A stretch of 64,000 nucleotides of DNA, taken from positions 47,122,001 through 47,186,000 of the forward strand of contig NC_045696.1 in assembly GCF_009834535.1 (NCBI RefSeq), written 5' to 3'. The position numbers were made by a program, and so were the translations under genes. A model generated the notes under the pieces. That model did no database searches, was not told the origin of the DNA, and worked only from the letters and a program-made list of their open reading frames with translations. The number at the start of each line of letters is the position of its first letter. Position 1 is the stretch's first letter. Positions 41,201 to 55,200 of this stretch are shown piece by piece. The DNA is from Camelus ferus (taxonomy: Eukaryota).

Positions 41201-44200
41201 ACATTGGGGTGCATGTATCTTTTTGAATTAAGGTTCCCTCTGGATATATGCCCAGGAATGGGATTGCTGGATCATATGGTAAGTCTATTTCTAGTCTTTT
41301 GAGGAATCTCCATACTATTTTCCGTAACGGCTGTACCAAACTACATTCCCATCAACAAGGTACCAGGGTTCCCTTTTATCCACAGCCTCTCCAGCATTTA
41401 TCATTTGTAGACTTTTGGATGATGGAATACTACTCAGCCATAAAAAATAATAAAATAATGCCATTTGCAGCAACATGGATGGACCTGGAGAATGTCATTC
41501 TAGGTGAATTAAGTCAGAAAGAAAAAGAAAAATACCATATGATATCACTTATATGTGGAATCTAAAAAAAAAACCAAAACAAAAACACAAACCAACTTAT
41601 TTACAAAACAGAAACAGACTCACAGACATAGGAAACAAACTTATGGTCACCAGCGGGGAAGAGTGTAGGAAGGAATAAATTGGGAGTTAGAGATTTGCAG
41701 ATACTAACTAATATATATAAAATAAATAAACAGTAAGTTTATACTGTATAGCACAGGGAACTATATTCAATTATCTTATAGTAACTTACGTGAAAAAGAA
41801 TATGAAAACGAATATATGTATGTTTCTATATGACTGAAGCACTGTGCTGTACACTAGAAATTGACACATTGTAAACTGACTCTACTTCAATAAAAATATA
41901 TTTTTAAAAAAGGAATTCAGAAACAAATAACATTTTCATAAGGGAAGTTGAACTTGAGCACTCCAGGGAGATGGTTTAGATTGAAAAAGGCATATTGGTG
42001 GAAAAATGGATATTTGGTAGAAGGCAAGCATTCTAGCTTGGGTAAGTGGAAGGTTTGGGAAACAAAGTAATGAAATCTAAAATTGGCAGGGCAAGGGAGT
42101 CAGATTACAGGCCAGATGGTTCCTTGAAGGGTGGAAGTTTGGAGTTCACTTTGAAGCAGGGACGTGATTCAATAAAGCCATGTCTCGAAATATTCATATG
42201 GGTACTATATAAAATAGATTGGAAAAAAGACAGACTAGTAGCAAAAAGAAAGATAATTTAGGAAACCACTGCAGTAATCCAGTCAAAAGATAATGAAAGT
42301 CCTACGGGTGAGTGGGAATGACACGAAAAGTTACAAGACAGTGCAAAATTGACCTACTGTTAATAACTGATCAGACAGAAAAGAACACAAGAGGAAACAA
42401 GTAATCAATGACAGGCTTTGGGTAGAAAGAGTGTGCTGGTGACAAAAATGTCCACAGGAGATGTGTCAGCTTCAGGAGAAGGTGATAAGTTTGGTTTTAG
42501 ACATTCTAATTTGAGGAAAGGGAGATATTACTGATCTTTGAAAGAACATATCAAGAAAATACTTCTAAGATAATCAGAGGAATGAAAAGACTTTGCAGGG
42601 GTTAAAGGAGTAAGGAGGTAGTGAGGTATACACCTATGTGTGGGAGCTAGTCTCTAAAGGTGGCCCACCAATGAGCCACAGTCTCCGTACTTGCACCCAT
42701 GTGTAGACCCCTACCTCTGTGACTCAGCACTGCTGGGAGTCACACAGAATCACTCCACTGCTTTGTAAGCCTCCTTCACAAGAATCTTTGCAGCTTCTGC
42801 TTTGGTCTCCTGGAATACTTGCTTTTAGTGCCTTGAGTTGCCATGTGAGAAGTCCAACTCCTTAGGAAACCCAAGCTAGTCACATGGAGAGATCACATGG
42901 AGAGAGAGATTTCCAACCAGCCCCCAACAGTTCTAAATATCTCAGCCCAGGAGCCAGATACATGAGTGATTAAACCTTCAGCTGATTCTAGTCTCAATTG
43001 CCATCTGAGTTAAGCCTGTCAACCCACAGAACCAAGAGAGATAATAATAAAATGTTGTTCTAAGCTACAAGGTTTTGGAGTGATATATCAATAGATGACT
43101 GAACATCACTCTTTGGTCAAGAAATCAGATTAAGATAGATTTGGACAGACTTTGCTTTTCTCTCAAAATACCATCCTTAATATCTGAAGAAAAGTCTTTT
43201 ATCATGGTTTTTTGTTTGTCTTCTGGAATGGGTGAATAATGATTATGCTGTAGAATATTTTATTCTTTGGAACAAGGAGGAAAGACATGGATTGAGTGAA
43301 TAACTTATAAAGTGAAGAGAGAAATTATAATGAATGGTCTTGATCTTGTCAGTTAGGTCTTAACATTTATTAAAAGCATGGATTCAGAAAGGCAGGATAG
43401 AATCTGAAGATTTTGTTTCTCTTTTTAAATAAAAGAAAGTGAGTTAGAGGAATAAAAAATTTCTAAGAAGCAGTGAAATTCTAGAGGAAGTCAGACACTA
43501 TAAAATTCACACCTAACTAGTATGGATTTATGGTGAACCTATCAACAGTTTGATTTTATGATTTTATGACTTCCTACTAAAATGTACAGAAACAGAAGAG
43601 TTCCTGAGGATAAAAGAAAGGCCAAGAGTATGGAGAGAGTAAGGTCTTCCAGGGCTCCATGGGGCTGAGGAAGAAAACTGAAGCCTTCAGGGCATGGAGT
43701 GAGAATGTTTTCATTGCTGAGTTGAAGACAGAATCCATACAAAATGCAGAACACAGAAGAGATGGAGGAAGAGAGGACCTAAGTCCTCACTAGATTCATA
43801 TTTTAAGACAGTTGGAGGTGGGATGGCAGGGGTAGTGGAGAGAAAGAGGAGAGAGAAGAGCAGGGTCGTTGTGTTTCTTTCTACTCAATGTGGTCTTTAA
43901 AGGAAATTAACGCTAAACATTTTCAGAGCCACTTAGTATTTGAAGAAATTCTACATTTTTATGGCCACCATCCATGAAGGTCAAGCTTTATTGTTGGTTT
44001 ATCTCTTTCCCAGATGATTACAAATTCTGCTCATGAGGAGAACTTGGCACCAGCTCTTTGCTCTCCTTGACCTCAGCAAGCCTCCTCTCATCTGCTAGAA
44101 GGTAGGATGGCCCTTACCTGTGATCTGATGCTAATCATTTGAGATGAGAGCTGGCAGTATAGAGATTAATGGACTCAGTGAAGAAAGAACATGAGATAAA

Positions 44201-47200
44201 CTTTCTTCTAGCACTGGCCCATTAAAGAGATGCTAAAGAACATGAAGGAGAAAAAATTCTCTCCTCCCCGCAAGACTGTGTGTGCCGCCATTCCTTCAGA
44301 CAGACTCCAAGCACCTGAGCCTTTCCTAAGGGATGCTCCTAACTCAAAGTCGTCCTTCATGAGAGAAGCACTACAGCCCCACTAGCAAATAACCTTGAGT
44401 CCCCAGCCTGGTTTAGTTTTCTTTTCCTTTCCCTCCTCTGACTGCTTCCATGTTCTAAATCCTCAAGGAGTGCTTGGCAATGTGTATTACCTTAGCTCTG
44501 GCTGTCTGCTCAATGTGGGTCAGGAGGTCATTCACTTCGAGCTGCAAGTCACTCTTGTCTTTTTCCAACGTCTGCTTGACCTGTTGGAGATGTTCTACCT
44601 GGCTCTCCAGCTCAGCCAGGCTGTCTGCATGTCTCTTTCTCAAAGAAGCAGAAGTTGCCTCAAAGTGCAGTGTGGCCTCTTCCATGTCTCGGCGAAGCTT
44701 CTGGAATTTTGCTTCTTGTTTCTTAGTTATCTCCAGCTGAGCCAAACTGGCCCCTCCTGCCTCCTCCAGCCTCTCATTCAAGTCTTCCAGCTCTTGGGTG
44801 AGGTCAGCTCTCTCCCTCTCTCCCTTGGCTCGAGTGGTCCTTTCAGCCTCCAGTTCCTCTTTCAAATCCTGTATCTGAATCTGTAGCAATACAGAATTTT
44901 GACTTTCACTAAGCACTTGTAGCATTTTATATTCAAGAGCTTTACTGTACCTTTAAAAAAATTTCTCACAACCAAGAACAACAACAACATTTCTGGTTCC
45001 CATTTTCTAGTTAAAGAAGATAGAATACACAGAAATCAAGTGATCTGCTCCAAACCAGTATTAAGACCAGAATCAAAATGTGCAGTTCCTCCCCATCTCC
45101 CAGCCTTTGGTGGTAAGCAAGCTCATTTAATTATGAAGGGGAAATTTAATAAAGAGCACTTTCCAAGGGAATAGAAAACATCTTTCATATAACAAGAAAA
45201 AAATTTAAAGAGAGTTTATAAAAAACAATATGATAAATTTTATGTATGCTACCTCACTCATCTGGATTTTGTTTACCTGACAATCTAAACTAGGGGAAAC
45301 TTGGGCAAAAATCCGATCAATAGACTAAGTATCTCCAAGTTCAAGCAGCTAACTCATAAGAAACAGTATCAATTTAATTTTATACACAATTCTGACACAC
45401 CTGGTTACTTGGTTTCTTAGCCTGAAGGTGATTTCAAGTAGCAGGACATTTGAAGTAACAAATTAAAGTTGGTAGAGGAATGGGACTAAGAAATTGAATA
45501 GGAATCTGATATCATTAGAAGCAGAATTAGACCAAACTAAAAAGTAGTGATAAGAGCTCTCAGAGCCAAAAACTCTTTCAGAATAAGGACAAATAGCTAT
45601 ACAAATCTTTATAGCATCATTGTGGGGCAGCACAGTAAAATAATGTTCATTAACATCACCTTAAATAATTAGGCATAGGTTAGGGCAGGAGAAGAAAAGG
45701 ATAAAATCTGTTTTAGAATGTCTTTTCCTTCCCATTAAATAAGAGTATGATTGTTTAGGGGAAGCTAATTTCTAGCTCATACCAAATAAGTACGGCTATC
45801 AGTTCTGTAGATGAGTTGTGACAGAGACGATGCTGAAAAAGTTATTATGATGTCCATATCCAGGTAATCGTGATCCCCTTCCAACTGGTTATCTTGGGAT
45901 CCAATACCTTTATTCCAAATAATACTGTCATTGAACAAAACATTTCTGAAACATTTCTTCAAAAATAATCTTTGGAGTATTTTTTTAATGATCAAGTTAA
46001 GAAATTTATCTTTTGGACAGATTGAAATTTTTTTTTGCATAAATTCAAGTGTCATTTGAAGACGAATCTGGTGAATATGATAGATAATTGCTTGGAGATT
46101 AATATTGTGTCTGAAAGCACATCCATAAACCAGTGAGACTGGTTTTCTTATTTGGTTCAAAATGTCTCAGAAGCTAATTATCAGGGAAAAGTTCTATAAT
46201 TATTTTGAGTAATAGTTACATTGGTGAGATAAATATTTAGCTCCAAAACAAGCAAAACAAATCTATCTGCATGTATTTGTGAGGAGTTACATGTATCCAT
46301 GTTTTAAATTACTTTATAACATAGTCATAGAGTATAAAACCTTCACAAGGTCTAAAACTTATAAATAGCCGCCCGTTATCAAATGTTTTGAGGCTACAAG
46401 TAGTTACAAAACAGATTTTCAGCATAATTGTCTTCTAATAACAAAGACTAATCATCGTAAAAAATTAAATTGCTACATTGAATGCTTACCAGAGGTCAGG
46501 CACTGAGCTTACCACTTAAACATCCTGTTGCATTTAATTTTAGCTCAAAGGTTGTCAGGAGGGTCAATGAGTAAAAATATGCATGTCCAGGATTTTAGCA
46601 CAAACCAAGTTTATGTCTGACATTCAACAAATTAGCTATTTGTTGTCATTATCTTCGTGATAAGGAAATCTAAGCTTAAACAGTAATTTTCTCTGGAGGC
46701 ACATATCTGTAGAATGCCAGTTTATCTTCTCAACCACTGTTCTTTTCTGTCTCTGCCTATTGTTGACTAGGGGTATGGCTGCCTTGGCAGAGCATCTGTC
46801 ACTGAGGTGCCAATCATCACCCATGGATTGAACTCCAGGTGCACACAGGTACTTGATCAATGATTACCTGGAGCTCTTTAACCATCCTCTGAAGTTGAGC
46901 CGCCAGGCCTTTCTCGTTCTCCACCTTTGAACTCATCTGATTCATTTCTAATTCCTTCCTGTTAGGGAAAGAGGCATTAAATGGAGTTGTTCATAGTAGT
47001 AACATTTTGCCTAAATATTCTTTTCATTATAGTAATGTCACATGAATTTATTTTCATTGTAGAAATTCAACTATTACATCTATATCTGAAGTCTTCTTGT
47101 CTAACAAACCCCATCTCTCTCCCTTCCCTAGAGGTAACCACCAAAATCAGTTATGTGAAGCCTTCCAGACATTTTTCTGAGTACTGACATATGTTTGTGC

Positions 47201-50200
47201 TTATATAACAGTAGAAATAGTTTCATTTTCTTTACTGTGAAAGGTATAATATTGTATACATTTGTATTTGTAGTTCTACAACATTTTAACCCAATAATAC
47301 ATGGACATTTTTCCATGTTGGCCTACACGTAGATGACTTCACCTAAAAGTCAACTGTGACACACTAGTCTTATGCTTCAGAACTCATGTGGTTTACTTAT
47401 CCATTTCCCCATTACTAAGCACGTAGGTTTTCCATGAAGTTTTACTTTCACAAATAACACTATTCAGACACATGCATCTTTGGGTACATGTGAGTATCTC
47501 TATAGAGTGGATACTGAGCAGGGACTTGCTGCATTGGGTATAGGTATGTGTTTAAATTATAACCTTGCCCTTTGCCCTCCAATAGCAATGTGAAGTTATT
47601 TCGCTACATTTACACTTAAAATTACCACATGTCTAAGTTTCTCCTAATCTAACAGATTAGTATGTCATCGTTTTAATATGAATATCCTTGTTTGCTAGTG
47701 GTAACAGTTTCCTGTCAACTATGAGGATTTTAAAATGGGCAGTAAAACAAATGAACTGCCCACTTATGTCCTTTGCCCATTTTTCTGTTAGGTTGTTCAT
47801 CTAATTATTGAATTATAGATTTTCCTTTAACATCTTGGTATTTTTTTTGATATCAGTTGCAAATATTTCTCCCACTTTATAAGTTTCTTCAATTTTATTT
47901 ATGTTGGCTTTTGCCACATAAATGTTTAAAATGTTGATCTATCAACATCAAATTTATCAAGATATTCCTTTTATGCCTTTGGCTTTTTGTGACTCATTCA
48001 ACAAGTCTGACCTGCTAATTTCCTAAGACTTATTGTCTTAAGTCTATAGGTGTTCCTAAGACACCTATATTGTCTTTGAATTTTGATTCTGTTGTTGTTT
48101 TATTGAAAATGTTTAATATGAGATCTACTCTCTCAACAAATATTTAAGTGTACAATACAATATCATTAACTCTAGGTACAATATTGTATAGCAGATCTCT
48201 AGAACTTAATCATGAACTTGCATGATGGAAGCTTTCTACCCACTAAACAGCAGCTCCATTTTCCTCTCCCCACAACCCCCGGCAAGAACTGTTCTACTCT
48301 GTTTCTATGAGTTTGACTGTTCTAGATGCCTCACATAAGTGGAATCATGCAGTATTTATCCTTCTGTGACTGACATTTCATTTAGCATGATGTTTTCCAT
48401 ATTCGCACGTGTTGTCACATATGCCAGGACTTCCTTTTTAAAGGCTGAATAATATTCCATTATATGTACACTGCATTTTCTTTATCCATTCATCCATCAA
48501 TCAGCATTTATTGGCTATTGTGAATAATGCTGCATCTTCTAATAATGATTTTATAGCTTTATTTTTACATTTAATTCTGTAATGCAACTAGATTTTATGT
48601 ATGTATGAATAGTATGAGGAAGAAATTTAACTTTCACCTCAGAAGATGAATAGCTATCAATCTCAGCACTATTTATTAAATATTCTATCCTGTCATCACT
48701 ATTTTAAAATACCACCTTTTCATGTATTAAGTTTCCATCTATATCTAAGTCCATTTAGAGAAAGGTTTTTACAATAAAGTTATCACTTCCTGAAAACATG
48801 AATTTCTAAAATGCTGGGGCCCTCTGACCTGTGGCCTACAAAAATGTGGAGTCTAATTTTCACTCTGTGGAGCTGAAACACAGTCTTCAAAACTGAGTGC
48901 TAAAGGAACTCTATTATCATTTTGCCTTTCACCGTTTCATTACATTCATAAGGTTATTTATTTCATCTTTGCCAAACACCTACCAAGTTCAGGAACTTAT
49001 TGGTAGGCTATTAATCATGTCTGACCACCAGCATGTAAAATGGAGACTCACGTACACACCCAGGAAAGCCAGCAGCTCACAGCCTCTCACTCAACTTTCT
49101 GCTTCTTTACTGTGGCTTCAACCACCGGTGTGCTCCCAGCTATAACATGGCCAGATGTCACGCTTGGACCTCACTGTTTCCCCGTCTTGTTTGACCTATC
49201 CTAAATAACTTGGAAATCCCTAATGGTTAGAACATCTAGCTAAGTGGAGGAAGACAAAGGCACAAGGTAAGAAAATCCATTTCACTGAGTGATGAAGTCA
49301 AACTGAGAGGGCCACCTTGCCTGGAGCTCCTTGAGAATCCATGTGAACTAAGGTCCACTAATTTTGATTATGTTATGTTTTACTTAAGATTTAATACTTG
49401 CATAGTAAATTATTTGACAAAAAAGTTATATAAATGTTATAAAGTTATATCTGGCAAATGAGTATATTTTAATTTAAAAAAATTATTGAAGTATAGTTGA
49501 TTCACAATATTGTATTTGTTTGTTTAAATGATCAGAGAGTATATGGGACTTCACCTTAGGATCAATTTTTTTTAATTTGTTACTTATTCATTTTTTTACT
49601 TTTTGTGCCATTGGTCTCATCATGAGAAAAAGTGGTCAGCCTTTTTGATTTTTTGACTTGTAATCTGAAACTCCAGTAGTTCACATATCACAAGCCCCAC
49701 ACCTCTCATTCACATCAGCCTTCTCAGTTACTTTCTTGTAGGTTGTTATATAATTATAAAAAGAGAGTAAATGCATAAAGTCTAGCAAAAAGAAAATCAA
49801 TATGCTAGACTTGTTAGCCTTCTCATCCTCCCCTTCAGGTCTTGAGACATCTGGCCCTGGAGTCAAGAGGATGAATTATGTGAGAGAGCCATTCCTTCCA
49901 AGATAAGGTCTCCCAGAATCTCACATCAACAGAAGGGCAGCTTACCTCCTCAGCTTTTCTGCCAGCTGCCGCTGGCCGCTCTCCAGGTGCTCCATGCTCT
50001 CCCGGTTCAGCTTTAAGTCGCCCTCCAGTTTGCGATTTTCCCTTTCACAGTTCATTCTCACTTTGCTCTCCTGCTCAAGGGCACCCTCAAGCTGACAAAA
50101 GGAGATACTACTTAGCCAAATAAATAGGTAAAGTTTATACTTTACTACAGGTGTTCATTAACCACTTCCCTTCTTGAAAAAAGAAAGAAAAATACAAGAA

Positions 50201-50982
50201 GAGTCTGTAAATGATGCCTAGTTATGTAGATATTTTTAAATAAATATTGCACACATCAATAGGATAATAAAAGAACCTCGATAACACAATGGTAGAAGAA
50301 AACTTAAGCGATTAAGGAATACAGCTCTAGCCTATGGAAGGAACCAAAAATAAATGGCTGGTGAGCCTATGTTTGATCGCTTTCCAGTGATGGGAAGCTC
50401 ACTTCTTCACATGGCAGCTCATTTCATGGGTGGATAAGTCCATTTATTCGGGAGTGCGTCTTCGTAAGAAGCCAGAACATTCTCTGTAAATTCATCCCAC
50501 AAGTCTAAGCTCTGCTCCCTGGAACAACACCAGGTGAATCTGTCTCCGCATGATCATTCATGAACATCAGGCAGCTGTCCGGAATCTCCCAACTCAGTAT
50601 CTCCGACACTTTCAAAGACATCTCATGTGGCATGATTTCCATACCTCCTTCACCACCTTGAGATCCTCTCTCTAGCCCATAACATTATGTCATATTCTGG
50701 TACCCCCGCCAAGGTGATCACAACATTCCAGTTATGTCTGGATTAGTATTGCCAACAACAATATCGAGGTTGGTTTAGCAGGAGGCGAGATAACAGTTAC
50801 TATACAGCTATTTTTTCATGGCTAGGTTTGCCGCAATAGAAGCTCTTTCCTGTAACCTGCAAAAGATGTAAAATTCAAGTGGAGGAGAAGGGAGAATTTC
50901 TTTTGGGAAGGTGTATGTAAAAACCTGAAAATAAATGAACTCCGAGAGAGAACAAGTGTGTGAGAATGTGTATATGAGTGTG

Positions 50983-51023
<41 letters not shown>

Positions 51024-52166
51024 TCACACAAACACCAATAAACCCCCGTACTGAGGCCTTGTGAGATACACATCAGTGGAAATCGGAAGAGTGAGACAAC
51101 TAATACATAATAGAGGAAACTGATGGAGACACATGAGGAAAAAGAAGCAGATAATCAAAAAAAACCTAACCACCCTTGTCAGCAATTCTGTAAAGGCTAA
51201 GCTTTGGGGACTAAGCAAACAGTGACTGCATACACTCCATCAGCTGGGAGAAGGCAGGAGGACCGATGGACCTACCCATGGAGACTGGTCTGAAACATCT
51301 TTATTTCAGAGCATGTATGGAGGCAGAACAGGGGCAGAATTTTACAAGCATTTTCCAATAGTGTAGGTAGAACACAGCTGTGACTTACATATTTTTTGAC
51401 GATAAATAAACCTCAGTACACCCCTGGGGACACAATAGGGCCTTTCAAGTAATTCTTCAATACTAGTGTCAGATTGAGGACCAACATATTTGTGGGGTAA
51501 AATACCAGGTTCTGTGGGGACTTGGCAGCCACTTAGAGTGATACCCCTTTATGATTCATCTCCATGTTCTTCTCCCACTGCCCCGGTTGTGTGGAAGTTG
51601 CATTTTAAAGCTGACAGATTACACGCTGGGGCCTCTCCTCTACTATAGCGGTTCCGTGTACGTTAAGAAAAAAACCCCTCTATTTCTAAATCATGAGAGA
51701 AACTAACAGTGTTAAGTTTTCCTGAAAATGTCAAGGCAGATTAACTAAGTGAAGACTGGTCTGTATATATGCAGACAGACAGCTAACTAGTGAGACGCAT
51801 CACTACTGACCTCATTCACATGCTGCTCCAAGGTCAGCATGGCTTTGCTCAAGGTGCGGAGTTTCTCCTCCTCTGCGCGCAGGTCATCCAGGGTCCGCTG
51901 GTGGGCCTCCTGCCCAGCCTTGGCTGCTCTGTGGAGTTTGCCGATTTCCTCGTTGAGAGACTCCACTTCCTCGGCCAGGTTCTTGACCTGAGGGAAGAAG
52001 CCAACACCAGCTCCGTGAGAGCCACCACTGGAAGGTGGGGCATAACGCTCAGGGCCGTCTCCTCTCTCTTCTAGGACCAAAAATCTCATGAGGTATCTAC
52101 TTTCATAAAGAACCAAATTCAGCCAAATTCCAGATACACTTTTTAAAACTCTAAATTCACTTTTTC

Positions 52167-52205
<39 letters not shown>

Positions 52206-55200
52206 TGATGTTATCTGTCCTGGGCAGGGAATAGGGTATTCTGGTTAATCAAATATTATCAACATAGGTGACTGGATGGCCAATTTTCAGTGTCGTATTA
52301 TTGTATAACAGGGACACCACTGAAGGCAATTTAGCTTTCTTTTGAGTGTTCAGGGCACGTGTTAATCCTGTTGTGCCTCAGTATCCTAAGAAAACAGTAG
52401 GCAAAGAAGAGTCCCAGCTGACAAAATAGGCAAAAATGGAAGCCAATTATATCAGGCCTGCGTGCTTTTTTATGAAAGAGAACCGATGGTACAAGAGTTG
52501 CTATTTAATCATCTGCTGAAATTACGGTATTATTCTGGAGCCTGGTTTTTTGTTTTTTTTCAGAGGTTTGAAACAGACTCCTCAGCTAACTTCAGTCTCT
52601 ACACAGATGCACAAGTTAAAATAAACAAACAACTAAAATGAACAAAACATTAAAACATAAAATGACATATTCAAGGTCAAACTCCAAATCAACGACAGAG
52701 GTAGGGATTTAGACGCATCCCAAATCACCTTTCAGTAAACTGCCTCTTGCCTGCTCCCCTTCCAAAAAAGGATACTTAGGGGCCCAATGAAACCACTTGG
52801 CTCTTTCCATTAGATTTCAGATGCAATGAGACTGGAACAAACGAAAACAGTTTCATTTGGGAGATTAAGAGGGATTCCATAAATTCGAGCTGGAAATTTG
52901 AATTAGGACAGCACAGCTCATCAGACCCTTCATTTTCTGCCAGTTCTGACCCCCAGAGCTGTAAAGCTGCGGGCCACCGTGCTAGATGACTTAAACAGAG
53001 CAGGCCTAGTCCCGAAGCCTGATTGGAAGCGTGCAACTCAGGCACATAGGCGTCCCTGACATTGTAGAGAAAGTACCTTGTGCTCGGTAGCATGCTTCTC
53101 CTTCTGTGACTTGGCCAATAGTGTTTCCAAGTCATCTATTTCTTTCTTCAGCTCGAAACATTCATCTTCGAGTTTCCGCCCCCTGGCAGTCAGCTCGGAA
53201 TTTATCTTCTCTTTTTCCTCCACCTTCTCAGACAGCGCCTTGACTCTGGCCTCCAGCTGGATCTTGGATTTAATCAGCGACTCGCGCTGCTCTTCAACGT
53301 TTGCCAGGGTCTCTCGCTCCTGCCATGACGAGGAGAAAATTGTTGCCAACAGCTGGAAGTAATTTATCAGCCAGGCGAAAATGCTGCTTAACACAGAGCA
53401 AAGAGAGAATTGCCTGCCCTCTGCCCAGCACTTTCACCTGCCTTTCCTGCGCAGCTGAAATAATATTCCCAGTCCCCCGATCCCACTGTTGAGAAGTGGA
53501 GGAGCTGCTTGTGTTTGGAGGTGCTTTCGATCTTTCAGGCCATTCAGTAGATTAGATTAGCTCTTCTGGAGCACTTAATAGGATCCTGGTGGCCTAAAGG
53601 AACTCACATGCCTCCCAAAATCAGTGGTGTGCTGATTAAATCACAGCTACTGGAAGCATCCTGTGGGCATATAGTTTGAGGGTGTAACCTGCTCCAAATA
53701 TGGTCCTTTAAGAAAGCAGAATTCCCTCAGACAATACCATATTAATACTATTATTATGAGTGCTCTGATGCACTTGTTAATATACAAGCATCTTCTAATA
53801 AATAGAGCTGGGCTGAATATTTTTTATTCGTAGGCCGAATTTAGAATTCATGAGGTTACCTGCATGTCACTAACTAGATTTCACTATTATTTCCAACTAA
53901 AATCGTTTTCTCAATGGTCTTGCCAGCAGTAAATTCTACAAGTTATACCCACAGAGTATAAAATACTCTTCCCTTTTATCTTTTCAAATGTACTGCCTCC
54001 AGCTCTCACTGAGTGACCCACTGTTCCTGTGTTATGGGCTGAGTGAAAAATGAAGAGGCCGATTGCTTTTTGCTATGAAAGCACCTTTTGTAACTTTGAA
54101 TGCCTCTAATTTGTCTCCATTTAGAGGCTAAATAAAACCTCTCCTTTGTGAGTAAGCTCTTAATTACTGTAGGTCTCGTTGCAACATAACTTCACACATA
54201 TCTCCATCTTCCATCTCCAGACCTCATCCATCCTCTGCAATACCCCAGCTTGTGCAACCTATTAACTATCTATTTGCTTGGCTTGAGTTGTTTCATCTAC
54301 TTAAATCAAGAACAGAAAAAAGCAAAAAGCCAGGCTATTGGTTTCTGGCTAACAACTGGCAAGAGAATGACATCTGCCCAACAAATGGGACTACAAGAGG
54401 GAAGATGGGGGAAGTATAGAATAGTAAATTTCCAACATCGCTGAAGACCCGAGAGAAGGGCTAAACTAAAAACCAACAAAAATGTCTAGGCAAAAAGGGT
54501 CCATGCAAATCAGAGACGCTTCCAATGTTTGGGCAACAATGGGGACATTTGATCTTAGTTCACCCTGGGTTGACAAGCAGAACCGTTGTTTGCTCTCTTC
54601 CATTCAGCATGTGTACAGGACCTGTCACCATCACCAAATGAAGAGGACAATCCAATCGACCATCATCGATCCCCTCATTAAACATGACAGCAGGCTTGGG
54701 GCCAGCTGAGCGATGCTGTGACAATTCAACAGGAGGAACATCCCTCCCCCAGTGGCAGTTATTCTCTCACGTTCTCACAGTGTTAATTGAAATGGGCTCA
54801 CTCAGCACTGTTGGTAATTTTGAGGAAGTGAATGATTTTAAAAGAATCTTTGTTTCCTCGGTTCCTATTGTATTGGGCTACGCCCCTTAAAAATAAATGA
54901 TGATAAAATATTTCACAGCCATGCCACCATTTTAAATCAGTTACAGTTTGAACTGTGAATGGTAAGTATTCCTTGCCATATCAGTAAACAAAGGATGCTG
55001 CAGCCATCAGCCATCAGCCACTACAGCTGCCCCTGATGGTGAGCCGGAGAGAACTCAAGACAGCAGGCTGCCCGGCCCCTGCCGCCACCCGCAACGCTGT
55101 CCCCTGAGGAGACTCAGGATGAGAAGCACAGGATACCGGCCCTAGCTGGCTAAGGTGCACATCAAAGGAATGATTTCAGCAAGCCCAGACTTTTGCATCT

